From positions 3,520,001 to 3,584,000 of the forward strand of contig OZ244799.1 of NCBI GenBank assembly GCA_965219955.1: 64,000 bases of DNA, written 5' to 3'. This stretch comes from a bacterium (lineage in GTDB: Bacteria; UBA8248). This document shows positions 12,074 through 21,724 of the stretch, piece after piece (position 1 is the first letter of the stretch; each line of letters begins with the position of its first letter). The notes under the pieces were generated by a model. It had not been told where the DNA came from, ran no database searches, and saw nothing but the letters and a program-made list of their open reading frames with translations. Position numbers and translations under genes: made by a program.

Positions 12074-13129
12074 CTACCCGAGCGGCGAGACGGCCACCTC
12101 GCCGTCCCTGACGGAAATGTCCGTTCCATAGGAAGCGGAGAATGTCCGCATCATGTCCACGATCGCGCGGCCCTCTCCGCGCTTCGGCGAGAGGAGTCTG
12201 GGCGCGCCGCCCACGCCGCAGCGGCAGGGGATCAGGTACAGGTCGCCCAGCCCCTCCTCGTCCAGGCGCCCGCCCAGCAGAAACGTCTGAAGCGTCGCCT
12301 CGGTGAAAAACGGTTCCACCTCGTCGAAGATCAGGTTCCCGGTGCAGTGGACGATGGGCCGGCCCTTGTAGAACTCGATGGCGGAGAGCACGTGCTGGTG
12401 TCCGCCGAAGACGGCGCACGCGCCCGCGTCGATCGCCGCGTGCCCGATCTCCCTTTGATGCTCATGCACCTCGTGGCGCATGCTCGCTCCCCAGTGCTGG
12501 TAGACGAAGACGAGGTCGACCTCGGCCTTGAGCCGGGCGATCTCTTCTTTCATCCGCGCGAGGTCCTCCGCCACCGCCCAGGAGTGGATGACGGGTTCGG
12601 AGGCCGGGTATTCGTCCAGGTTTCTGAGCGGCGTGTAGGACGTCCTGACGCGCAGGGGGTTCACGCCGGGCTCATCCGCGTCGGCCGCGTGGCCCTGCGG
12701 CAGCACGGACGAGTAGGCGAGCAGGCCGATCCTCAGCCCGCCACGCTCGAGCACGACGGGTGCGCTCGCGTCTTCCAGGTCCATTCCCGCGCCCGTGAAG
12801 GGGATCCTCGCGCGGCGCAGCGTCAACATGGTTTCTTCGAGAGAGGGGACCCCGAAGTCGAGCAGGTGGTTGTTCGCGATTCCCACCGCGTCGAAGCCGG
12901 CATCCACGAGTCCCGCCACCAGAGAGGGGTGTCCCCGGTGCTTGGTCGCCTTTCCCTTCATGAGTTCGCCGCGCGTCGACAGCGCGTTCTCGAGGTTCGC
13001 GAAAGAAAAATCGGCGCCGCGAATGAGTTTCCCCGGTTGGCCGAACATTCCCTTGGGCGATGCCCTGTCGGGCGCGATGTCGCCGCCCGTGAGAAAGGAA
13101 GCGGTTTTTTGCGGATTCTTTTTATTCAT
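12074..13129 (-). CDS. CapA/PgsA-family metallophosphatase
   Basis: GDI, ANLENALS, IANNHLLDFG, HWG, GGHQHV, GNLIF; start ATG 13129. Confidence 0.88.
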   Translation of the reverse strand: MNKKNPQKTASFLTGGDIAPDRASPKGMFGQPGKLIRGADFSFANLENALSTRGELMKGKATKHRGHPSLVAGLVDAGFDAVGIANNHLLDFGVPSLEETMLTLRRARIPFTGAGMDLEDASAPVVLERGGLRIGLLAYSSVLPQGHAADADEPGVNPLRVRTSYTPLRNLDEYPASEPVIHSWAVAEDLARMKEEIARLKAEVDLVFVYQHWGASMRHEVHEHQREIGHAAIDAGACAVFGGHQHVLSAIEFYKGRPIVHCTGNLIFDEVEPFFTEATLQTFLLGGRLDEEGLGDLYLIPCRCGVGGAPRLLSPKRGEGRAIVDMMRTFSASYGTDISVRDGEVAVSPLG

Positions 13130-14180
13130 GGACGAGTCCTTTGTGAAAATGAGGCGCGGACGGGAAGACACCCTCCCCGAAACAGACACCCCTTAGTTCA
13201 TCGGCGGCTTGCTCCGGAGCCACCTCGTTGATGTGCGCGCCAAGGCCGGTTTCGAGGGCAGCATGCGGCGTGAGGCGCGGAAAGAGTTCGATGTGCCAGC
13301 GGTGCGCCGCGGGGGTTCCCTCCGGGCCCTTCGCCGCCAGCAGGAAAGAGAGATTGTATGGCGGATCATGGAGAAGCTCCTGGTAGCGCCTCAAACTTCG
13401 CGCCAGGGCGGCTCCCACGGCGGCTATGGCTTCGGGCGCGCTCTCGGTGAAGGAGGCTTCCGTCGGCCAGGGGCAGATATAGACGAGGTAGGGAAAGCGC
13501 GACGCCCACGGACAGAAGACGACGGCTCCCTCTTCCCCGGCTTCCACGATTCTTTCTTCCTGCCCGCGCTCCGCCTCGATCAGGTGATCCAGGATTGCGG
13601 CTTTCCGCTCTCCGTAGAAGGCGGTCTCTTTTTCCAGCTTCTTCTCGATGCCGCTCGTTCCGACCGGGAGGCCGAGGATCTGGAAATGCGAGTGAAGGAT
13701 GGACGCGCCCGCCTGCGCGCCGTGGTTCTTGAAGGCATAGAGGCGGTGGACACCGGGGGCTCCGGCGAGCGCCCGCGCCCTCTCCTGCAGGAGGGCGAGA
13801 ATGTCGCCCGCATGCGATTCGCCCAAATCGGCCAGGCCCTTCGTGTGATGAGGCGAATCGATGAGCACCTCGTGGCGCCCCCCGCCCCGCAGGGATGAAA
13901 AGACGCCCCCTCCCCCGTACGCGGGTTCTCCGCTGCCGACAGCGGGGAACTTGTTCGCCACGCAGCGCGCGCGCCAGCCGGGCGCGTTCTCCCCGCCCTC
14001 TTCCCTGAGGGCGGCGACCTCGGGCGGCGTCGCGCTCTCGTTGCCCGGACAGAAGGGACAGGCCGGGTCGTCCTGCGAGGGCGTGGCGTTCGCATAATGC
14101 GCAGGATGTGGCCGCGCGCGCCTGCCCGGCGCGATGAGCGTCCATTCGCCGCGATGGGGGTCGTATCTCGACTCGGGCAT
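13122..14180 (-). CDS. galT: Galactose-1-phosphate uridylyltransferase (GalT/HIT family)
   Basis: RYDPHRGEWTLIAPGRRARP, CPFCPGNE, NKFPA, GRHEVLI, FKNHGAQAGASILHSHFQ. Confidence 0.85.
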   Translation of the reverse strand: MPESRYDPHRGEWTLIAPGRRARPHPAHYANATPSQDDPACPFCPGNESATPPEVAALREEGGENAPGWRARCVANKFPAVGSGEPAYGGGGVFSSLRGGGRHEVLIDSPHHTKGLADLGESHAGDILALLQERARALAGAPGVHRLYAFKNHGAQAGASILHSHFQILGLPVGTSGIEKKLEKETAFYGERKAAILDHLIEAERGQEERIVEAGEEGAVVFCPWASRFPYLVYICPWPTEASFTESAPEAIAAVGAALARSLRRYQELLHDPPYNLSFLLAAKGPEGTPAAHRWHIELFPRLTPHAALETGLGAHINEVAPEQAADELRGVCFGEGVFPSAPHFHKGLVHE

Positions 14181-14562
14181 GAGCGCCTCGCTTTTTTCTG
14201 GATAAGAATACTCAAACAATGTTAGCATGACCGGTATATTTTGAAAGAAAAAACGAGTCCTGGCGGAATAAAGGCGAAAATTTTTCGGGGCGATTTTGAT
14301 TTTTGCCCTCTGCGCGCCTCTCTTTGGAGAAGAACTTGCTCGCTCATGTACCGGGAGGATGCCGGTTTGCGTTTTCCCGGCGGCCCGCTTAGACTTTTGG
14401 GCGACTCGAAAATCAGGCCCGGCGGCGCGAGGGTCGCCGGAAGTTCAGTCCGCAAGCGAACCAGCCGGGGCCTTGGGAGAGGGGTTGGACCCTCTCTTGC
14501 GCGAAGGCCCCGCTCTTTTCTTCGAATCGACCGGCACACACAACGAGAACAGGGGGGCAGCC

Positions 14563-15600
14563 ATGAAATCCAGAATTCTTCTTATCTTCGTTTTGACCAT
14601 CACAATAGGAGCGGCGGCGCTCGTATCCCTTCCGAGCCGGGCGGACGCCGCCTGCAGCGTCCGCATCGGCGACCTGAACTGGGACAGCGCCAACTTTCAC
14701 GATCAGGTGACCGCCTTCATCCTGGAGCACGGCTACGGCTGCCGGGTGCGGCTCATCTACGGCGGCACGCTGCCGATCATGACGGCCCACTACGAGGGCA
14801 AGAACGACATTGTCATGGAGCTCTGGTACGACAACGTGAAGGCGCAGTACGACCCCGCCATGAAGAGCGGCAAGGTCAAGCAGGTGGGGGTCAACACGCC
14901 CGACAGCATACAGGGCTGGTTCATCCCGCGCTTCGTCCAGAAGGCGAACCCGGGACTCAAGTCGGTCTTCGACCTGCCGAAGTACAAGCATCTCTTCAAG
15001 GACCCCGAAGAGCCCTCCAAGGGACGGTTCGTGAACTGCATTCCCGGCTGGTCGTGCGAGGTCATCAACACGGTGAAGCTGCGCGCCTACGGGCTGGAAA
15101 AACACTTCACCAATTTCCGGCCGGGTTCGGGCGGAGCGCTCGCGGCGGCCATCAAGGGCGCGTATCTCAAGAAAAAACCCGTGCTCGCCTATTACTGGGC
15201 GCCGACGCCGCTCCTGGGACAGCTCGACCTCGTACAGCTCGAAGAACCTGCGTGGAACGAGGCCGACTGGAACGTGGTGGTGAAGCACATGGACGCGCTC
15301 AAGAAGGGCGGAATGGAGGCCCTGGGGAATCCCAAGAAGGCGACCGCCTACCGGACGGCGGAACTGCCGAAGTCGGTCACCACGAAGTTCGCGGCCAAGC
15401 ATCCGAAGATCGTCGCCTTCATCGAGAAATACACGCTTCCATCCAAAGAAGTCTCGAAGATGCTGGCCTATCTCGAGAGCAAGGCCGGCGGCGACGCCAA
15501 GGCCACCGCGATCCATTTCCTGAAGACCAACAAGGTCTGGAAGAAGTGGGTTCCGGCCGATGTGGCGAAAAAGGTCGAGGCGGCGCTCAAATCGGCTTAA
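14563..15600 (+). CDS. proX: Glycine betaine/proline/histidine-type ABC transporter substrate-binding protein
   Basis: Signal peptide, LNWDS, ELW, CIPGWSC, YYWAPT; exact substrate uncertain. Confidence 0.85.
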   Translation: MKSRILLIFVLTITIGAAALVSLPSRADAACSVRIGDLNWDSANFHDQVTAFILEHGYGCRVRLIYGGTLPIMTAHYEGKNDIVMELWYDNVKAQYDPAMKSGKVKQVGVNTPDSIQGWFIPRFVQKANPGLKSVFDLPKYKHLFKDPEEPSKGRFVNCIPGWSCEVINTVKLRAYGLEKHFTNFRPGSGGALAAAIKGAYLKKKPVLAYYWAPTPLLGQLDLVQLEEPAWNEADWNVVVKHMDALKKGGMEALGNPKKATAYRTAELPKSVTTKFAAKHPKIVAFIEKYTLPSKEVSKMLAYLESKAGGDAKATAIHFLKTNKVWKKWVPADVAKKVEAALKSA

Positions 15601-15661
15601 GTTGCGCCCGCGCGATGCTTTTGTCTCGTGAAGAAGCGACTGGCCCCGGGGAGGTCCGCCG

Positions 15662-16570
15662 ATGATGAAGTTTTTCCGCGGACTGTTCCCCGAGTGGGCG
15701 GTCGAATGGCCCAAGGGGCTGAACCTGCCGCTCAACAAGTGGACCAACGACTTCGTGGAGTGGCTGGTCTCCGAATACGGGGTCATCTTCGAGACCACCT
15801 CGGACGGGATTCTTGTGGTGCTGGTGGGTCTCGAGCGGTTCCTGCGCGACCTTCCCTGGCTCGTCGTTTTCGCGGGTGTCATCGCGCTCACCTACTTCTC
15901 CAGCGGGCGCAAATGGGGACTGACCGCGCTCGTGGCCGCCAGCATGTTCTTCATCGGCCTCACCGATCCCAGGCTGTGGGATTTGTCGATGATGACCCTT
16001 TCGGTGATGCTGGTATCCACCATCATCTGCATCGGCCTGGGCGTTCCGATCGGCATCGCGATATCGAGAAACGACCGGATGCGCGACATGGTGCTGCCCG
16101 CGCTCGACCTCATGCAGACCATGCCGAGCTTCGTGTATCTCATTCCGGCGATCATGCTCTTCGGCCTCGGCGCGGTGCCGGCCGTCTTCGCCACGGTGAT
16201 CTACGCCATCCCGCCGGTGGTCCGCCTGACGGACTTAGGCATACGCCTGGTGGACGAGGACCTCGTCGAGGCTTCCGACGCCATGGGCGCGAGCAAGAGG
16301 CAGAAGCTCCTTCGCGTGCAGATACCCATGGCGCTGCCCAACATCATGCAGGGAGTCAACCAGACCACGATGATGGCGCTCGCGATGGTGGTGATCGCCT
16401 CGATGATCGGAACCCGGGGGCTCGGCACCGAGGTGCTCATCGGCCTCCAGCAGCTGAACGTCGGACGCGCGCTCGAGGCCGGCGTGGCCATCGTGCTGCT
16501 CGCCATCGTCATGGACCGCGTCACCCAGGCCTACGGCGGGCGGTTCATCCGCGCGAGCGGGAGGGGCTGA
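15662..16570 (+). CDS. proW: ProW-type ABC permease
   Basis: LDLMQTMPSFVYLIP, EAA-like loop, GVNQTTMMALAMVVIASMIG. Confidence 0.92.
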   Translation: MMKFFRGLFPEWAVEWPKGLNLPLNKWTNDFVEWLVSEYGVIFETTSDGILVVLVGLERFLRDLPWLVVFAGVIALTYFSSGRKWGLTALVAASMFFIGLTDPRLWDLSMMTLSVMLVSTIICIGLGVPIGIAISRNDRMRDMVLPALDLMQTMPSFVYLIPAIMLFGLGAVPAVFATVIYAIPPVVRLTDLGIRLVDEDLVEASDAMGASKRQKLLRVQIPMALPNIMQGVNQTTMMALAMVVIASMIGTRGLGTEVLIGLQQLNVGRALEAGVAIVLLAIVMDRVTQAYGGRFIRASGRG

Positions 16571-16574
16571 ACCG

Positions 16575-17603
16575 ATGGCGCTGATCGAGATACGAAACGT
16601 CTACAAGATATTCGGTGCGGGACGCCCGCTGGACGCCGCGCTCGAACTGGCCCGCGCGGGCGTCGAGAAGAACGACGTGCTGGTCGAGACCGGCAGCACG
16701 CTTGGCCTCAAGGACGTGAGCCTCTCCGTCGATCGCGGCGAGATATTCGTGGTCATGGGCCTTTCGGGTTCGGGAAAGTCGACCCTGATCCGCCACATCA
16801 ACCGGCTGATCGACCCGACGACGGGCCGGATTCTCGTCGACGGGAAAGACGTTCTCGAACTCTCGCCGGAGGAATTGCTCGCGTTCCGCCGCGGCGCCGT
16901 GAGCATGGTCTTTCAGCGGTTCGCGCTCTTTCCGCACATGACGGTCATGGAGAACGTGGGCTACGGCCTGGAAGTCCAGGGGATGGAGCTCGTCCAGCGC
17001 CGCCGGCGCGCGATGCGCTGGATTGAGGACGTGGGCCTCATCGGCTACGAGAGCGCCTATCCGGCCCAACTCTCGGGCGGCATGCAGCAGCGGGTGGGCC
17101 TGGCGCGCGCCCTGTGCACGGACCCCGAGATTCTGCTCATGGACGAGCCATTCAGCGCCCTGGATCCGCTGATCCGCAAGCAGATGCAGGAACACCTCAT
17201 CGCGCTCCAGCGCGACCTCAAAAAGACCATCGTGTTCATCACCCACGATCTCGACGAGGCGCTCAAGCTGGGCGATCACGTCGCGATCCTCAAAGACGGC
17301 GTGGTCGACCAGGTAGGCGAGCCCGAGGAGATTCTGCTCAACCCGGCCACCGACTACGTGCGCGAGTTCGTGCGCGACGTGAAGCGGGGCCGCGTGGTGA
17401 CGGCGGGTTCGATCATGACGCCGCCCGGCGGCGACGCGACCGGGCCGACCGTCTCGCGCGATACCGTGCTTCAGGACATGCTGCCCAAGTGCATCGGGAG
17501 CGATGCCCCGCTGCGCGTGGTGGACGCGGCGGGCGCCGTCGTGGGCGCCGTCTCCCGGAAAACCCTCCTGCGCGGACTGGCGGATCGCCCCGGGAAAAAG
17601 TAG
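16575..17603 (+). CDS. proV: ProV-type ABC ATPase with CBS-like tail
   Basis: GLSGSGKS, LSGGMQQRVGLARAL, MDEPFSALDPLIR. Confidence 0.93.
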   Translation: MALIEIRNVYKIFGAGRPLDAALELARAGVEKNDVLVETGSTLGLKDVSLSVDRGEIFVVMGLSGSGKSTLIRHINRLIDPTTGRILVDGKDVLELSPEELLAFRRGAVSMVFQRFALFPHMTVMENVGYGLEVQGMELVQRRRRAMRWIEDVGLIGYESAYPAQLSGGMQQRVGLARALCTDPEILLMDEPFSALDPLIRKQMQEHLIALQRDLKKTIVFITHDLDEALKLGDHVAILKDGVVDQVGEPEEILLNPATDYVREFVRDVKRGRVVTAGSIMTPPGGDATGPTVSRDTVLQDMLPKCIGSDAPLRVVDAAGAVVGAVSRKTLLRGLADRPGKK

Positions 17604-17736
17604 AGGGGACGCCGCCCTCGGCTTGAAAAGCACCCCCCTTGAAAGGGAAACTTCATAAAGGCAACCCCCCCTGCCCCCTTGTCAGGGGGGCAAGAAAAAC
17701 CCCTCTCTTTGCTTGGGATTGACCTTCGCCTTTGTT

Positions 17737-17907
17737 CGTCATTCCGGCGAAAGCCGGAAGCCATTTTCGCCTTTGCCTATTCGCTTCCTCGTTCGGACGT
17801 CTTTACTCGGAGGCGAGGAGGATCGGAATCGAACACAAAAACGAAAGGAGAATCCTCTGGATTCCGCTTTCCCTCTCTCCCTGGTCGGAAATGATACCGG
17901 AATGACG
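17737..17907. repeat. Palindromic repeat family A (CGTCATTCCGGC...GGAATGACG)
   Basis: Terminal inverted arms; internal core is the reverse complement of that in the copies at 30104 and 37805. Confidence 0.85.
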
Positions 17908-17921
17908 AGCAAAGCCGCACC

Positions 17922-18091
17922 GCCTCGTCCTGAGTAGCGGCCCCTCGACTTCGCTCGGGACAGGCTCCGCCGTTCCCCGACACCCTCATCCTGAGTAGGC
18001 GCATAAGCGCCGTATCGAAGGATGCCCTCTTGCCACGGCGCAAACCCCTCGCCCTTCGATACGCCGCCTCCGGCGGCTACTCAGGGTGAGG
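17922..18091. repeat. Palindromic repeat family B (CTCATCCTGAGTAG...CTACTCAGG.TGAG)
   Basis: Closely similar copies at 23678-23843 and 28790-28900. Confidence 0.85.
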
Positions 18092-18274
18092 AAAGGGGGT
18101 TGGCGGTTTCCAGTGGACGCATACGGGACTTTTTCGACAACCCCGTACTTGTGACCCACCCCCATGCGCCAATGCCCGCCTGGCCTTGCAATAAAGCCGC
18201 AAATCCGCTTCATTACGGGCGGACGCTGCGCGGGATCGGGCGCGCATCCTCGAGAGACGGAGACGATAAGGCGG

Positions 18275-19699
18275 ATGAGGGATTTTGAGAGGGAGACCAT
18301 CGTCGCGCTGTCCACGCCGCCCGGGCGCGGGGCCATCGCTATCGTCCGCCTGAGCGGGGCGAAATCGCTCCCCATCCTCGAGGCAATCTTCACGCCCAGA
18401 AAAAAGAGGAGCGCGTTTCCGAGGGGGCGGCCCGTCTTGGGGCGCTTTGTGGATGAGGGAGGGGCGTTCGACGAGGGGCTCGCGCTCTATCATCAGGCGC
18501 CCGATTCCGTTACCGGCGAGGACGTGGTCGAGATGCACTGCCACGGCGGGCCGGCGGTCGTGGGGACCATCCTGCGCCTCGCCCGGGAGATGGGCGCCAG
18601 GCCGGCTGTTGAGGGCGAATTCACCCGGCGCGCCTTCCTGGAGGGGAAGATCGACCTGCTCCAGGCCGAAGCCGTGGCCGACCTCGTGACCGCGCAGACC
18701 GAAAAGGCGGCGCGCGCCGCGCTCAATCACCTGGAAGGACGCCTCTCCGGGGCCCTGGAAGGCGTTTGGGAGAAAATCGTGGAGGCGGGCGCGCACATCG
18801 AGGCGGCGATTGATTTCCCCGACGAGTTCGAGCCGGGGGCAGGCCCCTCGGTTTCCGGCGCTCCGATGGGAAGCGCCGAACTCGCCGATTTGTTCGCGGA
18901 AACGGAAGCCGCGCTCGGGAGGCTCATCGAGAGCTACCGCTCCGGCAGGATCCTGAGAGAGGGCGCGCGCGCCGCCATCCTCGGCAGGCCCAACGCGGGG
19001 AAATCCACGCTTCTGAACGCGCTCCTGGGGGCGGATCGCGCGATCACGAGCGAGATTCCGGGCACCACGCGCGACACGGTGGAGGAAGTCTGCGACTTCG
19101 GCGGCGCGCCGGTGCGGCTCATCGACACGGCGGGCCTGCGCGATACGGGCGACCCGGTGGAACTCGAAGGAACCGAGCGCGCCCGCAAGGCGGCTGGAGA
19201 AGCCGACTTGAGCCTGATGGTCGTGGACCTGACGGGAGGCGACGCCGAAATGACCTGGGCGGCAGGAGAGGCGGGCGGGTTGGATTGCGATAACTTTTTT
19301 GTTATCAACAAGATAGATAAGTGCTCCCTCAAAGAGCAGGAGCGCGCCCGCGCGGTTTTGGGTGAGCTTGCGCCCGGGGCCGGCGAGCCGCTCTTCATCT
19401 CGGCGCTCACGGGCGAGGGAATCCCCGAGTTGCGCGAGGAGGTGGCGCGTGTTTTGATGGATGAAGACGGGCTTTCGGGCGCGGAGTCGGTTCTCACGCG
19501 GGAGCGCCACCACGGCCAGATCGCGAAATGCCTCGAAGCCGTGCGAAGCGCCAGAGCGGGCGCCGAGGGCGAGCTTTCCCCCGAACTGGTGGCGGTTCAC
19601 CTGAACGAGGCGCAGACCGCGCTCGCGGAACTCTTGGGCAGGGACTACGGAGAAGCGCTTCTGGACAGAATTTTCTCCACGTTCTGCATCGGAAAATGA
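18275..19699 (+). CDS. mnmE: tRNA modification GTPase MnmE
   Basis: ETIVALSTPPGRGAIAIVRLSG, GRPNAGKS, GTTRD, DTAG, NKID, C-terminal FCIGK. Confidence 0.97.
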   Translation: MRDFERETIVALSTPPGRGAIAIVRLSGAKSLPILEAIFTPRKKRSAFPRGRPVLGRFVDEGGAFDEGLALYHQAPDSVTGEDVVEMHCHGGPAVVGTILRLAREMGARPAVEGEFTRRAFLEGKIDLLQAEAVADLVTAQTEKAARAALNHLEGRLSGALEGVWEKIVEAGAHIEAAIDFPDEFEPGAGPSVSGAPMGSAELADLFAETEAALGRLIESYRSGRILREGARAAILGRPNAGKSTLLNALLGADRAITSEIPGTTRDTVEEVCDFGGAPVRLIDTAGLRDTGDPVELEGTERARKAAGEADLSLMVVDLTGGDAEMTWAAGEAGGLDCDNFFVINKIDKCSLKEQERARAVLGELAPGAGEPLFISALTGEGIPELREEVARVLMDEDGLSGAESVLTRERHHGQIAKCLEAVRSARAGAEGELSPELVAVHLNEAQTALAELLGRDYGEALLDRIFSTFCIGK

Positions 19700-19789
19700 T
19701 AATAATATAATATCGGCGCAGAATGACGATAAATTTAGATATATAATAGATAACATTCTGTGATTTTGTGAATTTCTGGAGGTTTTCCG

Positions 19790-21724
19790 TTGGCTGTTTC
19801 GTATGAGGTCATCGTCGTGGGCGGCGGGCACGCCGGATGCGAGGCGGCCCTGGCCGCGGCGCGCATGGGCGCCAGGACCATGATGCTCACGATGAACCTG
19901 GACACCGTGGGCCTCATGTCGTGCAACCCGGCCATCGGCGGGCTGGCGAAGGGCGTCCTGGTGCGCGAGGTGGACGCCCTGGGCGGCGAGATGGCCCGCG
20001 CCATCGACGCCACGGGGATCCAGTTCCGGATGCTCAACACGAAAAAAGGCCCCGCCGTACAGGCCCTGCGCGCCCAGGCGGACAAGCAGCGCTACCGCGC
20101 GTATATGAAAAACGCGGTCGAAAGCCAGGCGGGACTCGACCTCAAGCAGGGAATGGTGCAAAGGCTTCTCGTCAAGAACGGGGCGATAGCGGGCCTTCAG
20201 GATCATTTCGGCGAAACCTGGGAGGCCAAGGCCGTCGTGCTGACGCCGGGCACCTTCACGCGCGGTCTCTTGCACTACGGCGACAGGAAGGTCGAGGGCG
20301 GGCGCGCGGGCGAGGGCTCGGCGAACGAACTCACGCGGCAACTCGTCTCGTTCGGCTTCGCCATCGGGCGCATGAAGACGGGGACGCCGCCCCGGCTGGA
20401 CGCGAAAACCATTGATTTTCAAGTACTTGACGTACAGCCCGGCGACGACCCGCCCCTGCCGTTCTCATACCGCACACAGGCCATCGAACAGGAACAGATG
20501 CCGTGCTGGATCACCTACACGAACCCCGGGACGCACGAGGTGATCAGGGAGAACATCGAGCGCGCGCCGATGTACAACGGCCAGATCGACGCGATCGGCG
20601 TGCGGTACTGCCCGAGCATCGAGGACAAGATCATGCGCTTCGAGGGCAAACAGGAGCACCAGATATTCCTGGAGCCCGAAGGACGCGAGACTTGCGAGAT
20701 CTATGTGAACGGGCTTTCCACGAGCCTTCCGGTGGACGTGCAAATCCGTATGTTGAGAACAATCAAAGGCTTGGAGAGAGCCGAGATGATGCGTCCGGGC
20801 TACGCCGTCGAGTACGACCACGTGGAGCCGACCGAGCTGAGACCGAGCCTGATGACGAAGAAGATGCCGGGGCTCTTCCATGCCGGCCAGATCAACGGGA
20901 CGACCGGCTACGAGGAAGCCGCCGCCCAGGGGATCATGGCGGGAATCAACGCCACCCGCTACCTGCGCGGCGAGGAACCCGTCGTTTTAAGCCGGGAAGA
21001 GGCCTATATCGGCGTTCTCATCGACGATCTCATCACCAAGGGGACGGCCGAGCCCTACCGGATGTTCACCAGCCGGGCGGAGCACAGGCTCCTGCTCCGC
21101 CACGACAACGCGGATTTCAGGCTCATGGAGCTCGGCCACAGGGTCGGTTCGCTGGACGAGGCCACCTGGCGCGCCTTCGAGAAGAAGGCGAAACAGGCGG
21201 AAGAGGCGATTCGCTACCTCGAAGCCACGACCGTGAACCCCAAGCCGGACGTGCGAAGCGCCATGGAGGCGGCGGGCTCCAGGCCGCTCAAGAAGCCGTC
21301 CGCACTTGCCGATATCCTGAGGCGCCCCGAAGCGGGGCCTGAGCTGGCGATTCGGGTCGATTCCGTCGATAAAGGCCGTTTTCAGGAGATTTGGGAAGGC
21401 CTGGGCCGAGAAGCGCGGCGATACGTTCTGGCGGAGGTGAAATACAAGGAGTATTTCGAGCGGGAATACCAGCAGGTCCATCACCTGAGGATGGCCGACC
21501 GCGTGAAGATACCCGAGAGCATCTCCTATTCGGAAGTCGGCCACCTGACGGCGGAGGTGCGCCAAAGACTCGAGCAGATACGCCCCAAAACCCTCGGGCA
21601 GGCCAGCCGCATCTCGGGCGTGACGCCCGCCGCCGTCGCCGTGCTGGAGGTCTACATCCGCAAGCAGAGCGGAAATGCGCGGGAGGAGACCGCCCCTACG
21701 AAACCATCGCCTCTCTTGTGTTAG
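19790..21724 (+). CDS. mnmG: tRNA uridine 5-carboxymethylaminomethyl modification enzyme MnmG (GidA)
   Basis: [45 protein letters not shown]; TTG start. Confidence 0.98.
   Translation: MAVSYEVIVVGGGHAGCEAALAAARMGARTMMLTMNLDTVGLMSCNPAIGGLAKGVLVREVDALGGEMARAIDATGIQFRMLNTKKGPAVQALRAQADKQRYRAYMKNAVESQAGLDLKQGMVQRLLVKNGAIAGLQDHFGETWEAKAVVLTPGTFTRGLLHYGDRKVEGGRAGEGSANELTRQLVSFGFAIGRMKTGTPPRLDAKTIDFQVLDVQPGDDPPLPFSYRTQAIEQEQMPCWITYTNPGTHEVIRENIERAPMYNGQIDAIGVRYCPSIEDKIMRFEGKQEHQIFLEPEGRETCEIYVNGLSTSLPVDVQIRMLRTIKGLERAEMMRPGYAVEYDHVEPTELRPSLMTKKMPGLFHAGQINGTTGYEEAAAQGIMAGINATRYLRGEEPVVLSREEAYIGVLIDDLITKGTAEPYRMFTSRAEHRLLLRHDNADFRLMELGHRVGSLDEATWRAFEKKAKQAEEAIRYLEATTVNPKPDVRSAMEAAGSRPLKKPSALADILRRPEAGPELAIRVDSVDKGRFQEIWEGLGREARRYVLAEVKYKEYFEREYQQVHHLRMADRVKIPESISYSEVGHLTAEVRQRLEQIRPKTLGQASRISGVTPAAVAVLEVYIRKQSGNAREETAPTKPSPLLC

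Noticed and set aside
14413-15891. 492-aa minus-strand ORF
   Set aside because: Antisense shadow of proX/proW
17679-18288. Short ORFs in repeat clusters (also 28483-29130, 30106-30715, 37807-38497)
   Set aside because: Translations of palindromic repeats (recurring SFRRKPES, RHSG strings), not independent genes
18077-20422. 781-aa minus-strand ORF
   Set aside because: Antisense shadow of mnmE/mnmG
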